A stretch of 63,773 nucleotides of DNA, the filler included, from Octopus bimaculoides (taxonomy: Eukaryota): NCBI RefSeq assembly GCF_001194135.2. It is 7 parts of 7 records of this genome, joined end to end, with 100 filler letters (N's around TTAATTAATTAA, not from the genome) between each part and the next. Parts side by side here need not be neighbours in the genome. Positions count along the whole stretch, not along the records: positions 9,052 to 33,125 come from NC_069006.1; positions 33,226 to 39,411 come from NC_068989.1; positions 39,512 to 50,239 come from NC_068987.1; 4 more parts are not named here. One strand, given 5' to 3'. Below the pieces are notes generated by a model. That model was given only the letters and a program-made list of their open reading frames with translations. It ran no database searches and had not been told where the DNA came from. How positions within the stretch are numbered: position 1 is the first letter of the stretch; each line of letters starts with the position of its first letter. This document shows positions 28,313 to 41,230 of the stretch, in pieces. The position numbers and the translations under genes are program-made.

Positions 28313-30984
28313 GGATGCGGCAAAAGCACCAAAAAAAATGTTCCCCACATTTTACACNNNNNNNNNNNNNNNNNNNNNNNNNNNNNNNNNNNNNNNNNNN
28401 NNNNNNNNNNNNNNNNNNNNNNNNNNNNNNNNNNNNNNNNNNNNNNNNNNNNNNNNNNNNNNNNNNNNNNNNNNNNNNNNNNNNNNNNNNNNNNNNNNNN
28501 NNNNNNNNNNNNNNNNNNNNNNNNNNNNNNNNNNNNNNNNNNNNNNNNNNNNNNNNNNNNNNNNNNNNNNNNNNNNNNNNNNNNNNNNNNNNNNNNNNNN
28601 NNNNNNNNNNNNNNNNNNNNNNNNNNNNNNNNNNNNNNNNNNNNNNNNNNNNNNNNNNNNNNNNNNNNNNNNNNNNNNNNNNNNNNNNNNNNNNNNNNNN
28701 NNNNNNNNNNNNNNNNNNNNNNNNNNNNNNNNNNNNNNNNNNNNNNNNNNNNNNNNNNNNNNNNNNNNNNNNNNNNNNNNNNNNNNNNNNNNNNNNNNNN
28801 NNNNNNNNNNNNNNNNNNNNNNNNNNNNNNNNNNNNNNNNNNNNNNNNNNNNNNNNNNNNNNNNNNNNNNNNNNNNNNNNNNNNNNNNNNNNNNNNNNNN
28901 NNNNNNNNNNNNNNNNNNNNNNNNNNNNNNNNNNNNNNNNNNNNNNNNNNNNNNNNNNNNNNNNNNNNNNNNNNNNNNNNNNNNNNNNNNNNNNNNNNNN
29001 NNNNNNNNNNNNNNNNNNNNNNNNNNNNNNNNNNNNNNNNNNNNNNNNNNNNNNNNNNNNNNNNNNNNNNNNNNNNNNNNNNNNNNNNNNNNNNNNNNNN
29101 NNNNNNNNNNNNNNNNNNNNNNNNNNNNNNNNNNNNNNNNNNNNNNNNNNNNNNNNNNNNNNNNNNNNNNNNNNNNNNNNNNNNNNNNNNNNNNNNNNNN
29201 NNNNNNNNNNNNNNNNNNNNNNNNNNNNNNNNNNNNNNNNNNNNNNNNNNNNNNNNNNNNNNNNNNNNNNNNNNNNNNNNNNNNNNNNNNNNNNNNNNNN
29301 NNNTCTCTCTCTCTCTCTTTGTCTTTGTCTCTCTCTCTATTACCATTTCCCCCTCTCCATCATCACACATGCGTGCAAGTTTTGCTTAACATCCAAATGA
29401 AAGCTGAATGAGTGTGAGCTGTGTACTTGGGAACGTGTGCATATTTGTGTGTGTGTGTGTGTGTTTGCATATATGTATATTATCCTTGTGAGCCTGTGCG
29501 TCTATGTGAATGCTTGAAATACATGGCAGCCAAGGCTGTTCTTTTGTTTCCCTTTCAACTCAATGTCTTCCTCTCGCGTTATCACATTTTCTCCTAATGT
29601 GATGCAAATTACTGAATTATTCCAAGCATTCTGTTATCTAATTAAACAAACAAGCATGGCTGTTTGGTAAGGTGTTTGCTTCCCAGCCACATGGTTCAGT
29701 CTCTGTGTGGAACCTTGGGCAAGTGTCTTTCACCACAGCCCTGGACTGACCAAAAGCACTGTGAGTGGATTTAGTAGATGGAAACCGAAAGGAGACCGTC
29801 AAACGTGTGTGTGTTTCCCCCCACTGCTTGATAACTGATGTTGGTTCAGCAAAGGAGATAACTAGAAAAGTTTCTACCTTTAAAGATGATAAATACTGAA
29901 GTGGTTAGCATCGACTGTTCAAATGTTCGTTCTTGTGTCTGTTAGAAATATCGTCTCCCGATGACAATTCTGATTAACAAGAGAGTGTTTCCCATCAAAA
30001 AGAATGTAGAGCAAGGCCAAATATTTGGATTCGTTGGAAACCGATTGAAGACAAATAACGACGATAGACCCAACGTTTCCTCTGCGTTTCGTAAAAGCTG
30101 ACTAAAAGAGGTTGAGGTAGAATTTGTACCCCGACCTCGTAAAACCCTCACCAGCAACGACTACCGAAAACAGATGCAGGGGTTGGCAGGTTGTTGCTTG
30201 AGTGGTGCAGAGGCGTCATTTGGCAAGGGCTGTAGGAAACCACCAACAAATGGTAGACCTGCGTGGGTTTTTGTTGAACAGCTGTTAGCACTGGCTAATG
30301 GCTGAGTGCTCTCTCAAAATTACCCTGACACGTTCTTAGGCTGAAAAGGGTTAGGGTGCGATGGGTATGTTCACCCAAGCCATGATAAGCATTTTCAAGT
30401 TCCCCTTCATGTGGTTGGATAACGGATCTGGGTTTAGGAGGATTCTGATCAGCTGAGATAATCATCGTAGGTTCGATATTTTCAAAATGCAAGTAAAAGT
30501 GATGAGCGTAGCCTGAATAGATGAGTTCCCTGATCGACTCTAGGTGACAGCCTTCCTCTAGAGACATTACACAATGTTTAATACTAACCCTCCCCATCCA
30601 TACACCAGTCTATACAGTGTCAACGTTCCCTTATCTATGGCCATTATCATAAACTACCCGTCAAGTACTCCTCTGCCTATCTTTGACATCATCTACGTTT
30701 CTTTATAATACTTTATTTTGTTTGTTCCGAGTACAACAGGAAACACGACGACACTGCTTGGAATTTGTCCTCGTAATGTCTGTCGTTTGTATTTAAACGG
30801 TTTCAGTGGTATTTATTCTTTTTACCGAGTTCAAATTCTGCTGAGGACTTGCCTTTCAACTTTTCAGTGTCGATAAAACAAGTACCAGTTGAGCACTGGA
30901 GTTGTTGTAAGTAGCTTTATCCCTCCCCTCAAATTGCTGGCCTTGTGCTAAAATTTGAACCCATTATTAATGGTTTCACATCCT

Positions 30985-31330
30985 GCTCTCTATCAGTTTG
31001 GCAATACGGTTGGTGGAAGTTCTTTGGTAGCAATTTATAGAAATCTTGACGTTCTCGGGGAAGCTCTAGGCGTCGACCAGGATGAACTAGTTTATCCATT
31101 TCGGAGCACTTTCGGACCCGGTACGATCATGGATAATTTCTAGATATCCCTGGCTGGAAGCGCTTTCAGGCGGAACAGTCCGAGATGCTCTCTATGCACT
31201 TTTGCAGTATCCAAATATTGCTGATTTGTGGAGTTCTGGCGAACAGCTGCTATCGCGTGTGGAACGAATCCGATTATGAGCCGAATCCATCGTCAGCATT
31301 ACCCCCACCAGCCAGGGCAGGTGATGTTCC
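30985..31330 (+). mobile_element. Tx1/L1-like LINE C-terminal fragment
   Basis: LGEALGVDQDELV..FRSTFGPGTIMDNF, then ALLQYPNIADLWSSGEQLLSRVERIRL*AESIV, resembling the post-zinc-finger region of Tx1-like ORF2. Confidence 0.5.
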
Positions 31331-31384
31331 TGTCAAGTGGTTATGACAAAAGAGGTTGTGTGGTGGATGAGGCTGAAATAATAA

Positions 31385-31592
31385 TAATGATTTCAAATTT
31401 TTGTTACAAGTGGGCGGAGATTAAGTCGATTACATCGACCCCAGTACACAACTGGTACTTAATTTATCAACCCCGAAAGGATGAAAGGCAAAGTCAATCT
31501 CGACCGAATTTGAACTCAGAACGTAGCGGCAGACGAAATACCGTTAAACATTTCCTCCGGCGTGCTAACGATTCTGTTAGCTCACCGCCTTA
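31385..31592 (-). mobile_element. SINE family A
   Basis: Reverse-complement body with CpGs retained. Further copies at ~30790-30970(+), 41595-41805(+) and 59825-60005(-). Confidence 0.8.
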
Positions 31593-32474
31593 ATAATAAT
31601 AATATAATATAATTCTTTTATTTGTTTCAGTCATTTGACTAAATTTAGTCGAGCAAGTCGACCCCAGGACTTATTCTTTTTAAGCCTAGCACTTATTCTG
31701 TCGCTCTCTTTTGCCGAACCGCTAAGTTACGGGGACGTAAACACACCAGCATCGGTTGTCAAGCGATGTTGGGGGGACAAACACAGACACACATACATAC
31801 ATACACACGCACACATATATATATTCGACGGGCTTCTTTCAGTTTCCATCTACCAAATCCACTCACAAGGCTTTGGTCGGCCCGAAGCTATAGTAGAAGA
31901 CACTTGCGTGTTTCAGTCATTAAATATTACTAATTGTTTTAACCGTAAATGAGATAGGTTGAAATCTAATAACCCTAACCCCTGTCTCTGGAAAGGATAA
32001 TGAAGTGTAGGGCTTGTTCTTTAAAAGTTCCGATGGTCAAGGTTGGAACGCCTTCATGATAAAGCTCTGCTCAATCAGACACAATTTGACGTTTTGTTTG
32101 CACTTTTAGTCAACAAAGAGAGAAGGCCAAACAAATGATTTTTTTTTCTTGTGTTTTCTTTGTTTCAATTAAAAATTGTAAATTCGCATTTGAGTTAGTC
32201 CAGCACTGCAGAGACTGCCTTGTGGTATTTGTTTCAGCCCTCTCAGTTCAGATCCCACCAAGGTCAACTTTGTTTTTCATCTTTATTCAGGGCAGCAGAT
32301 TGGTGGATTTGTAAGACCCCCATCACCACCTGCCATCCCATATCTTGTGGTATTTTGATTGACTTATTTTATATTCTGGGGTCCATTTGACCTTTTGGGA
32401 TCCATTTTGTTGTTAAATAAATTGCTTAGGCTTCTACAATGCATAAAATATTTTAAGAATTTTTTTTTTATACA

Positions 32475-32628
32475 GGAGTTGGTGTGTGGTAAGTAGCTTG
32501 CTTCTCAACCACATGGTTCCAGGTTCAGTCCCACTGTGGCAACTTAGGCAAGTGTCTTCTACTATAGCCTTGTGCTAACCAAAGCCTTCTGAGTGGATTT
32601 GGCAGATGGAAACTGAAAGAAACCCATC

Positions 32629-32661
<33 letters not shown>

Positions 32662-32850
32662 TGTATGTATCTGTATTTATCCTCCACCATTGCTTGACAA
32701 CTGATGTTGGTGTGTTTACGTCCCCATAACTTAGCGGTTCTGCAAAAGTGACTGATAGAATAAGTCGTAGGGTCGATTTGTTCAAGTAAAGGCAGTGCTC
32801 CAGCATGGCTACAGTCAAATGACTGAAACAAGTAAAAAAAAAAAAAAATA
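32475..32850 (+). mobile_element. SINE family B (tRNA head, ggcaagtgtcttctactatagcc core, internal microsatellite), near full length
   Basis: Head ggagttggtgtgtggtaagtagcttgc, B-box-like ggttcagtccca, internal (TATG)n 32626-32670, tail gtgctccagcatggc...gactgaaacaagtaaaa. Confidence 0.85.
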
Positions 32851-34499
32851 GAAGCAAAATTCCTAATAATATTTAATTCTAAAAATGTAATAGGTTTTTT
32901 TTTTAAATAACATCAAATGGCTGTGAGGGCCCAGTAAAGTAAAATAAGAATCAAATGGGTCCACAGATTAAAAAAAAAAGAAGTTTTTTAATAGTTGAGC
33001 CCCACTTCTCTCATATAGAATCCATACTATTGCAAGAATCCAAGCCTGGTCTCCAGTTTTGGGATTCCTTCCTCCCTCTCTCACTAAAGTTCTGTAAAGA
33101 ATCATGAGCATTGCTTTCCCTCGTCNNNNNNNNNNNNNNNNNNNNNNNNNNNNNNNNNNNNNNNNNNNNTTAATTAATTAANNNNNNNNNNNNNNNNNNN
33201 NNNNNNNNNNNNNNNNNNNNNNNNNTATATATATATATATATATATATTGTATATTTTTCTTTTTACATGTGTCAGTCATTATAGTGTGGTTATGATGGG
33301 GAACCGCCTTCCACCTTAATGAATTTGTAGTTGATTGATTAGATCCCAGTAATTACTTTTTTTTAAGCCCAGTACTAATGAGACAGGTTTCTTTCAGTTT
33401 CCACCTACCAAATCCAGTCACAAGGCCGTAAGATCGAACAGAAACCCATGAAACTGAAATATGTCACAGGTGATTTGAGGAATGATTGGCTGGGAATCGA
33501 AACACATTCATATATCTATCTATGTGACAGCTATTTTGACCTCATACTTTTATAGTATTAGATCAAAGTCGATAATTTAAGACTATTATCCAATGAAGAA
33601 TTAAAACACGTCGTTGAAGACACACTCCAGAATGGCCGTTGTCTAGTGAATAGGAGCAAACACCGAATAATATAATTTTGTATATTTTTCAGTTTTGTTT
33701 TTACCTCAAATCCCAGATGCCTTCCGTACAGCAGTCATTACCGCCCACATCATTATTACCTTGTTAATATTAAGTAGGTGATAGTGGTTTTAAGGTCATC
33801 TCGTCTGCTGATTTCTGCTAAATATCCCACGATGAAATAACTGCTTACTTCTCTGTTTAGATGGGCATTTGACTCACATATAAAGGACACAGGCGTGTGG
33901 GTGTATGTGAGGATGATGTTTGACTTAGATATGTCATTTTTTTTTTCTGCGTATACGTTATTGCCTGTCGCATTCTAAAGTTATTTGCCTTAATGTAGCG
34001 TGCCTTTGCAATGATCTGCATATTATTGATGTAGTAATCATTCTTCTTCTTTAGACTTATGTCAGCACTGCTTATGCTTGTTCTAGTGATGAAAGTACGT
34101 CTTATTTTTCATGTGTATTTGTCGTATCATGGTCTACATCATGAAATTTGTACTTCCCTTCTCTCTCTCTCTTTCTCTCTTTTGAGATGTAAGGATGTGG
34201 TAGATTGGAGGGTAATTAATAATTTGGTGTTCTTTCTACTAAGTTTAGTGATTACACAGATGATTCTGCAGAGTGATATGATGGATGTGAAGCAACACTT
34301 TGTTCTTTATAATAGCTTAATGTGCTTGCTGTATACAGAATTAAACGATCCGTAATACTAGGCCTCCGTCTGTCATGTTTCTACATCTATATCCATAAAA
34401 CCTGAGCAAACTTCTCTCTTTAAAGACTCAAAGACTCACAATTGCCCACGCATGTCAGCACACTTGTTCACGCCGCAAATGTTGTACAACAGTAAATAA

Positions 34500-35770
34500 T
34501 TTCCTTAATGGTCGATATTGTTTGACATTAGTGCAGTTACAAAGCAAATAGCCGGTAGAGATAGCTGAAGGCTTTATTTTATTTATTGTTTTCGAATTCA
34601 CCTGCGTAAGAGTTAAATTTCATCTCGGTGGAACTTATACCACCCAGCATTCTGACCAGTGCCCGAATGATTCTGGCAATTTACGGCCATGGGCAAAGCG
34701 TTGTCATCAGATAGTTTATAAGAAAATTAAGCTTTCGAATAAAATCGTTGGAGATGAAAAGTTAACTGATGTGACGTATGGATGTGTCCTGAGTTAAAGA
34801 ATAAATTACTGAAATCATGGTACATGCTTCCATTATTGCTCCCTGTGACATTTTCGCATTTTCGCATTTTCTTGGTGCTGTTTTAAGGTGTGTGGTGTAG
34901 AGCAAAGGCAATTTAGAGCGGGGTAGAATAGTGTCTGCGATGTGTAGTGAAGTGTTTATAAATATTTGAGCTTCAATGTGAAGTGTGGGGTAATATTTGA
35001 ATAGAGGGTTCATATCTCCCGAAACAGGGAATGGACAGTTAATTGTGACAGTGAGTATTTTTTTCAGCTGATAGAATTTTGTGGATAAAACAAATTGTTG
35101 TGATTGGAGCTGTTGTATTTCTCGGCTTATATGGTCCCAGATGATCGGGACTTATGCAACAGGTCAGTGGAGGTGCGAGAAAATGGTCTTTAATGAAGTG
35201 AGATTCTGAGATGCAACTTATAATCTCATAGGCGTTGTAAATAATCAAAATACTCTACACTGAGAAATCTCTAAAACTGGCGAGTCTTTTGAGTGACAAA
35301 TAATAAAATACAGGGCCTTCTCTTGTATGAGGATCTTTTGAGAAATATAAGCTCCCCCAAGAAATGAGGATTTTATCACAAATGACAACCAGTAGCGAAA
35401 TCGAGTGTCGGTATTCAGGGAACAGTCAATATCTCTTACGTACCTCATAGAATGAAAATGCTGGAGACGAAAAGCGATGTGATGTGTAAATGTGTTCTGG
35501 GTTAAAGAATGAGATTCAACGATTTATACATTGACTAGCTTGGGAATAATGTTTTTGAGTGGTTCAGGGCAGTGTTTATGAAGATGAGCCATCTAGTGCT
35601 CAAACTCTTTCCCACAATCATTATGTTGTACTTCGATTCCTCAGCCAGGGTAAACAATGTGCTGTTGATTAAGCAAGGCAGTTTATTTATTGTTGCTTCA
35701 GTGTGATCAACTGAAAGATGAACATCCGAGTGCTGGCACACCCTCATTTTTTCGACTGTCATTACTTAGG
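34500..35770 (-). mobile_element. Degenerate LINE reverse-transcriptase remnant
   Basis: Correctly ordered RT echoes: KILIQEK...SKDSPV, CISPDHLGPYKPRN (domain 2, IS.DQ.GF..GR), KMSQG (~34850) and tat-ct-gat-gac = YADD with a 1-nt deletion (~34700). Confidence 0.5.
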
Positions 35771-35949
35771 ATCCGTAGAAATCCATGCATTTTCAAAGTG
35801 TTTTGTTGCTAATATACACCAATGTTTAACACGGTTATGTGATGACGGTTATGTAATGAACGCCAAGTAATGCCAAACTAAGATTAATTAATTAGAATAC
35901 ATTGAGCAAAGTATATAGTCAGAACCTATTCTACTGTCCAGTGAGCTCA

Positions 35950-36250
35950 TGAGTCTTTCAGCTCCATACCTTAGTTAGAACAACAACATCAATCAGCTGA
36001 ATGAAGTGTGGGAGGTCCAAAAAGGCATTTATATTTGGTCCGAATGAATACAAGGTTAACTAAAGCAGTTAATGAAATCATGGCACATGCTTCCATTCAG
36101 ACTCCCTGTGGCATTTTCGCGTACAGTGTGAAAATTCTTGATGTTGTTTTAAAGCGTGTGGAGGAAAGGAAATTGCTTTTAAGATTAGATTTCTGTCTGC
36201 TTCATATAATGTATAGCCTGGTGTTTGTGAAGAGGAGTCGCGTATCGTGG
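35950..36250 (-). mobile_element. Second RT-core remnant, paralogous to 34700-34900
   Basis: Nucleotide similarity between 36075-36160 and 34812-34895. Reads YAKMPQGV*MEACAMIS ... SAD(fs)DVVVL. Confidence 0.45.
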
Positions 36251-37253
36251 TGTGGTGAAGTAGATTGGTCAAACGGTCACAAATTTAATAGGATACTGGT
36301 AATTGTGGAACGGAAGACAATAAGTCATCGTACAACTACGTGAGTGCGATTCATTAAGGTGTTATATTGTGAACGATTCATTGTATGTATCGAGTAAATT
36401 ACTATTATTTAGCAAATATGTTGGTTATGATGCTGTTGGCATTGATTTGTCTGTGGCTTTTGACAAATGAGAATAAGGGTGGAGACAACAGAGAGGTATT
36501 AAGGGCCGAGGTGGTGGTGGCTATGATAGCTATGGAGATGGTGATATTGATAGTGATAATAATGGTATCTGCTGCGATCGTGATAGAAATAATGATACTG
36601 GTGGCGTAAGCAACGTTGTTAAAGTTGTTCATTTGATGTATATATGAGCGTACACAGAAGTGATTGTGGTGGCGGTACTAGTTTTTGTTAGAATAAGTGT
36701 TGCAGACTGTTTGACCAAATTTCGATGTATGGACATACTGTTTCTTTCCCTATAGCAATAATCTCTCACATGCAACAAACTACTTTATTTCGTGTGGTTG
36801 TCGACCAGGGTGCTAAAACTAATGTCCCTTTTATTAAAGTTAATACTACTGTAGTTGATACACTTGCTAGCAACATGCAATTTGGGCTGACCTTCTAACG
36901 GTATGCAAGGAAGATACTAACGCCACGGTCGCATATACACACATATGTGATATATACTCCGTGCCCGAGAACAGAAAAGAAATACATATATGGCATACAA
37001 CCGTAAAAACTCGCTAAAACAAACACAGCAGTCTGGTGCAGGCTACTGCCTGACCAGCTTCTGTCAAACCGTCCAACACATACCAGCATGGAAGGTGGAC
37101 GTTAAAAGATGATGATAATAATTACAATGACGTACAAATGCAACAAACTATATAAGATATGTGAAGAGTATATGAGTTTTGCATCTAACAGACTAAAGAA
37201 AACGAAAACAATACTAATAGGCTGCTGCTGCTGCTGTTGTTATTATTATTATT

Positions 37254-37644
37254 GAGGGAGAGAGCAGTGCATGCCATGAAAGTGACACTGGGGTAAAATA
37301 TACGAAGCTCAGTCAACCCATCAATCCTACTCGGCGGATAAGTATACACCAGGCACGTGCATCTCAACCAATATGTGGGCGACATGGTGATCTCAATATC
37401 AAGGTAAGCAATGCAAGACCTTGCAGGTGGGACTCAGTTAAAATTTTCTTCATGTCGAGCTGCCGATCTCGATCGAAAGCTCCGTGATTACGGGTTGTTT
37501 CAGGATGTTGAACGAAACAAACATGTTTCCAGGGGGGAATTATCCAGACCCCACAAAATTCCTCTCAGCACATGGCTATGATGCTACCCAACTACTTCTG
37601 CTTGTGATCAGAGATTGCACATATTTTCAGCCACAATGGGACAT
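37254..37644 (-). mobile_element. Truncated copy of the (AAT)n-anchored element
   Basis: Reverse complement matches ~46430-46820, with (TAT)n on both sides. Confidence 0.8.
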
Positions 37645-37687
37645 TTATCATTATCATTGTTATTGTCATCCTTATTATTGTTATCAC

Positions 37688-37726
<39 letters not shown>

Positions 37727-37825
37727 CATTATTATCATTATTATTTTTATCATTATTATTGTGATATGAGATTGCACATATTGTTAGCCACGATGGGACA
37801 TTTAATATTATTACTATTAATATTA

Positions 37826-37878
<53 letters not shown>

Positions 37879-37955
37879 NNNNNNNNNNTTATTATTATTA
37901 TTATTATTATTATTGCTGTTGTTGTTGTTGCTGTTGTTGTTGTTGCTGTTGTTGT
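37645..37955. repeat. (TAT)n / (GTT)n microsatellite cluster
   Basis: Read directly. Dozens of further (CA)n, (TA)n, (CT)n and (CATA)n arrays are spread through the window and not listed individually. Confidence 0.95.
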
Positions 37956-39086
37956 TGTCCAGTTTTTTTGTGGGCTGCAAATACAATACGAAAATGATCT
38001 CCCAATAAGGAGATTATACGCCAGTGTGTTTATAAACGTGGACAAAGCTTAAAATAATATATTAGGGCAAGTTAACCCTTTATACAAAAGATACATAAGG
38101 GCATACAACCCAGACAATTTATAGCACTTCTACTGAAGGACATTTGTGATAAACATTATTAACAATTTTGAAATTTGTTCAAAGACCGGTTATAGCCCAT
38201 GGTGATGCCCTTTTCCCGTGTCCTTCTTCTGTAATTACACCATTCTCCATTCATGCCGTTGGGCTTTGTGGCAGTGTGCTGTAAATTTCGATACACGATT
38301 ACGAAGAGGGTTGCGAAGAACATTGGCATGTATTCAACAACCGCTACACATAACAATAAAAGTAGCAAAAGTAAATGCGGCGAGAACTAAAACTGTGTAG
38401 TATAATGACCTAAAAGAGATGATAGCTTAACTGAATAGTCTGTCAGATATAAACTAGTTGTCACAGGAAGAAACAGTAAAGTGAAAACAAAGAAAATTTC
38501 AATGGTATTATTAATGGCTTAACGAAAACAATGAACAGAAAGAATAATATACGGTAACAAGTTTAATTGTGTTACAGTCATTAGTCTCAGAGTATCTGAT
38601 CTACAATCACATCAATGACCATATTTTAACTTCAGCTTTCTTTAAACTATTAATTTGTTGTTGTTGCTGTTGTTGTTTGTGTAGTTACTAAGGCATCTAG
38701 CTGAAAGAAGTCATCAGTGTGCTGGAGAACAGAACAGGTCCTCAATAGATACCTTGCTTTAAATATTCTGATTTCAAATTCATTTTACGCCGGCGTTGCT
38801 TCTTGGTGTTGATCACATAAACATCACTCAAGCACTAGGGTATACTGACAGAAAAAAAAAACACCGTTTAAAATACATGGTTTTCTAAGAATTCTAACAT
38901 GTATTAGCATTTTTATTTTCACAACCAAATCTGTTGGAGTCAGTAAAAATGTTACCGGTCTTTTACCATTTCTGAGTTCAAATTTTATCTTGCGGTTTTA
39001 CGACGACGTTAATGGCGTTAGAATATATTTGCATTGATATCATCTGCCATTGCCTATACAGAAAGTTCTTTCATTTCGTTTGTATC

Positions 39087-39130
<44 letters not shown>

Positions 39131-39133
<3 letters not shown>

Positions 39134-39411
39134 TGAGACCATCGATCATGTTGTCTCCATGTGCAGTCTGCTTGCGCCTACAGAGTATCTCAACAGGCAT
39201 GATAGAGCTGCACAATATATTCACTGGGTAATATGCAAAAACCTGGACTTGCCCCATGATAAAAACTGGTGGGAACACAAACCACCCCCAGTACTTGAAA
39301 ATGATCACATTGCACTCCTCTGGAACTTCACCATTCAAACTGACAGAAAGATAGACGCAAATAGGCCAGACATCATACTGAAAGACTTCAGACAAAAATC
39401 ATGCCTCCTCA
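39131..39411 (+). mobile_element. Dong/R4-clade retrotransposon fragment (zinc finger + RLE), directly after (AAT)n
   Basis: Open frame NETIDHVVSMCSLLAPTEYLNRHDRAAQYIHW...LLWNFTIQTDRKIDANRPDIILKD (RHD and PD-D motifs). Starts at the end of (AAT)n 39087-39130 and runs into a gap. Confidence 0.88.
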
Positions 39412-39511
39412 NNNNNNNNNNNNNNNNNNNNNNNNNNNNNNNNNNNNNNNNNNNNTTAATTAATTAANNNNNNNNNNNNNNNNNNNNNNNNNNNNNNNNN
39501 NNNNNNNNNNN

Positions 39512-39579
<68 letters not shown>

Positions 39580-39959
39580 TAATTACATCAAGAATGAACC
39601 GTTTGAAAAACACAAATCTGTTAAAATCCACGGCATTTATTTCGTGAATATTAAATAAACGAAGTGTGTATCCTAGTGGTGAGAATGTTAAACTCAGGAT
39701 CGTAAAATTGAGGATTCAATTCCTAGCTCATGTACTACGTTGTGTCTTTGAGAAAGTTCCATATGTTGCATGTAAATTTTCCTATGGATCTGCTAGCACT
39801 GCGAGCCAAACAGAACATGATCACTCATTTTTTTCGATAGCTAACAAGTTATTAGCTAGACATGGCTGCCAGATATAGCAGACATAAAATTCTGTCAATC
39901 TTGTTTTAAACTTTCCTGATTTCATTGAAATAGGTAGCTGCTTCAGAAAAATCTGCTTT

Positions 39960-40018
<59 letters not shown>

Positions 40019-40823
40019 NNNNNNNNNNNNNNNNNNNNNNNNNNNNNNNNNNNNNNNNNNNNNNNNNNNNNNNNNNNNNNNNNNNNNNNNNNNNNNNNNN
40101 NNNNNNNNNNNNNNNNNNNNNNNNNNNNNNNNNNNNNNNNNNNNNNNNNNNNNNNNNNNNNNNNNNNNNNNNNNNNNNNNNNNNNNNNNNNNNNNNNNNN
40201 NNNNNNNNNNNNNNNNNNNNNNNNNNNNNNNNNNNNNNNNNNNNNNNNNNNNNNNNNNNNNNNNNNNNNNNNNNNNNNNNNNNNNNNNNNNNNNNNNNNN
40301 NNNNNNNNNNNNNNNNNNNNNNNNNNNNNNNNNNNNNNNNNNNNNNNNNNNNNNNNNNNNNNNNNNNNNNNNNNNNNNNNNNNNNNNATATATACAGAAG
40401 GAGATATATTTAAGAATTTACAAAAAATTGGAGAGGAATAACTGACCTGTCTGTCTGACATTTTCTGTCAGTTATTCCTCTCCAAGAGAGAATCAAGGAG
40501 GAAGAGTGACAGAGAGAGAGAAGGGGAACGGTGAAGAGGAGAGGAGAAGAATAGGGAAAGGGTGGGAGAGAAAAACAGAAAGGAAGAAGAACAAGAGAGG
40601 GAGATTGATAGACAGAGAAGGGATAGAATAAGAGTGAGCATCTTAAGATAAAACTTACTTGGAAAAGTATGCGTGGCGTTCGATCATATAATAATATAAA
40701 TAATATATAAATATATGCATATATGCATACATATATGTACATACCTACATATATATGTATATATACATGCATATATGGGTACAGGACAGACACACACATA
40801 TATGTACCGTGTATATATATATG

Positions 40824-40889
<66 letters not shown>

Positions 40890-40996
40890 AAAGTCTAGAA
40901 TACTTATTGAAATTCAGACATAATCATTTTATTTTAATTCTATTCTCTACCAGCTATAACTTATGTAAAATAAAAAAGAAATGCGCCCTTTTTTTA

Positions 40997-41230
40997 AAGC
41001 CTAGTTAGGCTCATGGGCCCGGTTTCCCGATTTTAATGGTGTATGTGTTCCCCAGCTGGACGGGACGCCAGTCCATCGCAGCGTTACTCATTTTTGCCAG
41101 CTGAGTGGACTGGAGCAACGTGAAATGAAGTGTTTTGCTCAAGAACACAAAGTGTCGCTCGGTCCAGGAATCGAAACCACAATCTTATGATCATGATGCT
41201 GACACCCTAACCACTAAGTCACGCGCCTCC
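40997..41230 (-). mobile_element. SINE family C (tRNA head gcttagtggttagggt...ttcgattcctgg)
   Basis: Minus-strand A/B boxes and body cttgagcaaaacacttcatttcacgttgctccagtccactcagctggc. Relatives at ~3130-3432(-), 4090-4470(-) and 14590-14800(+). Confidence 0.8.
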
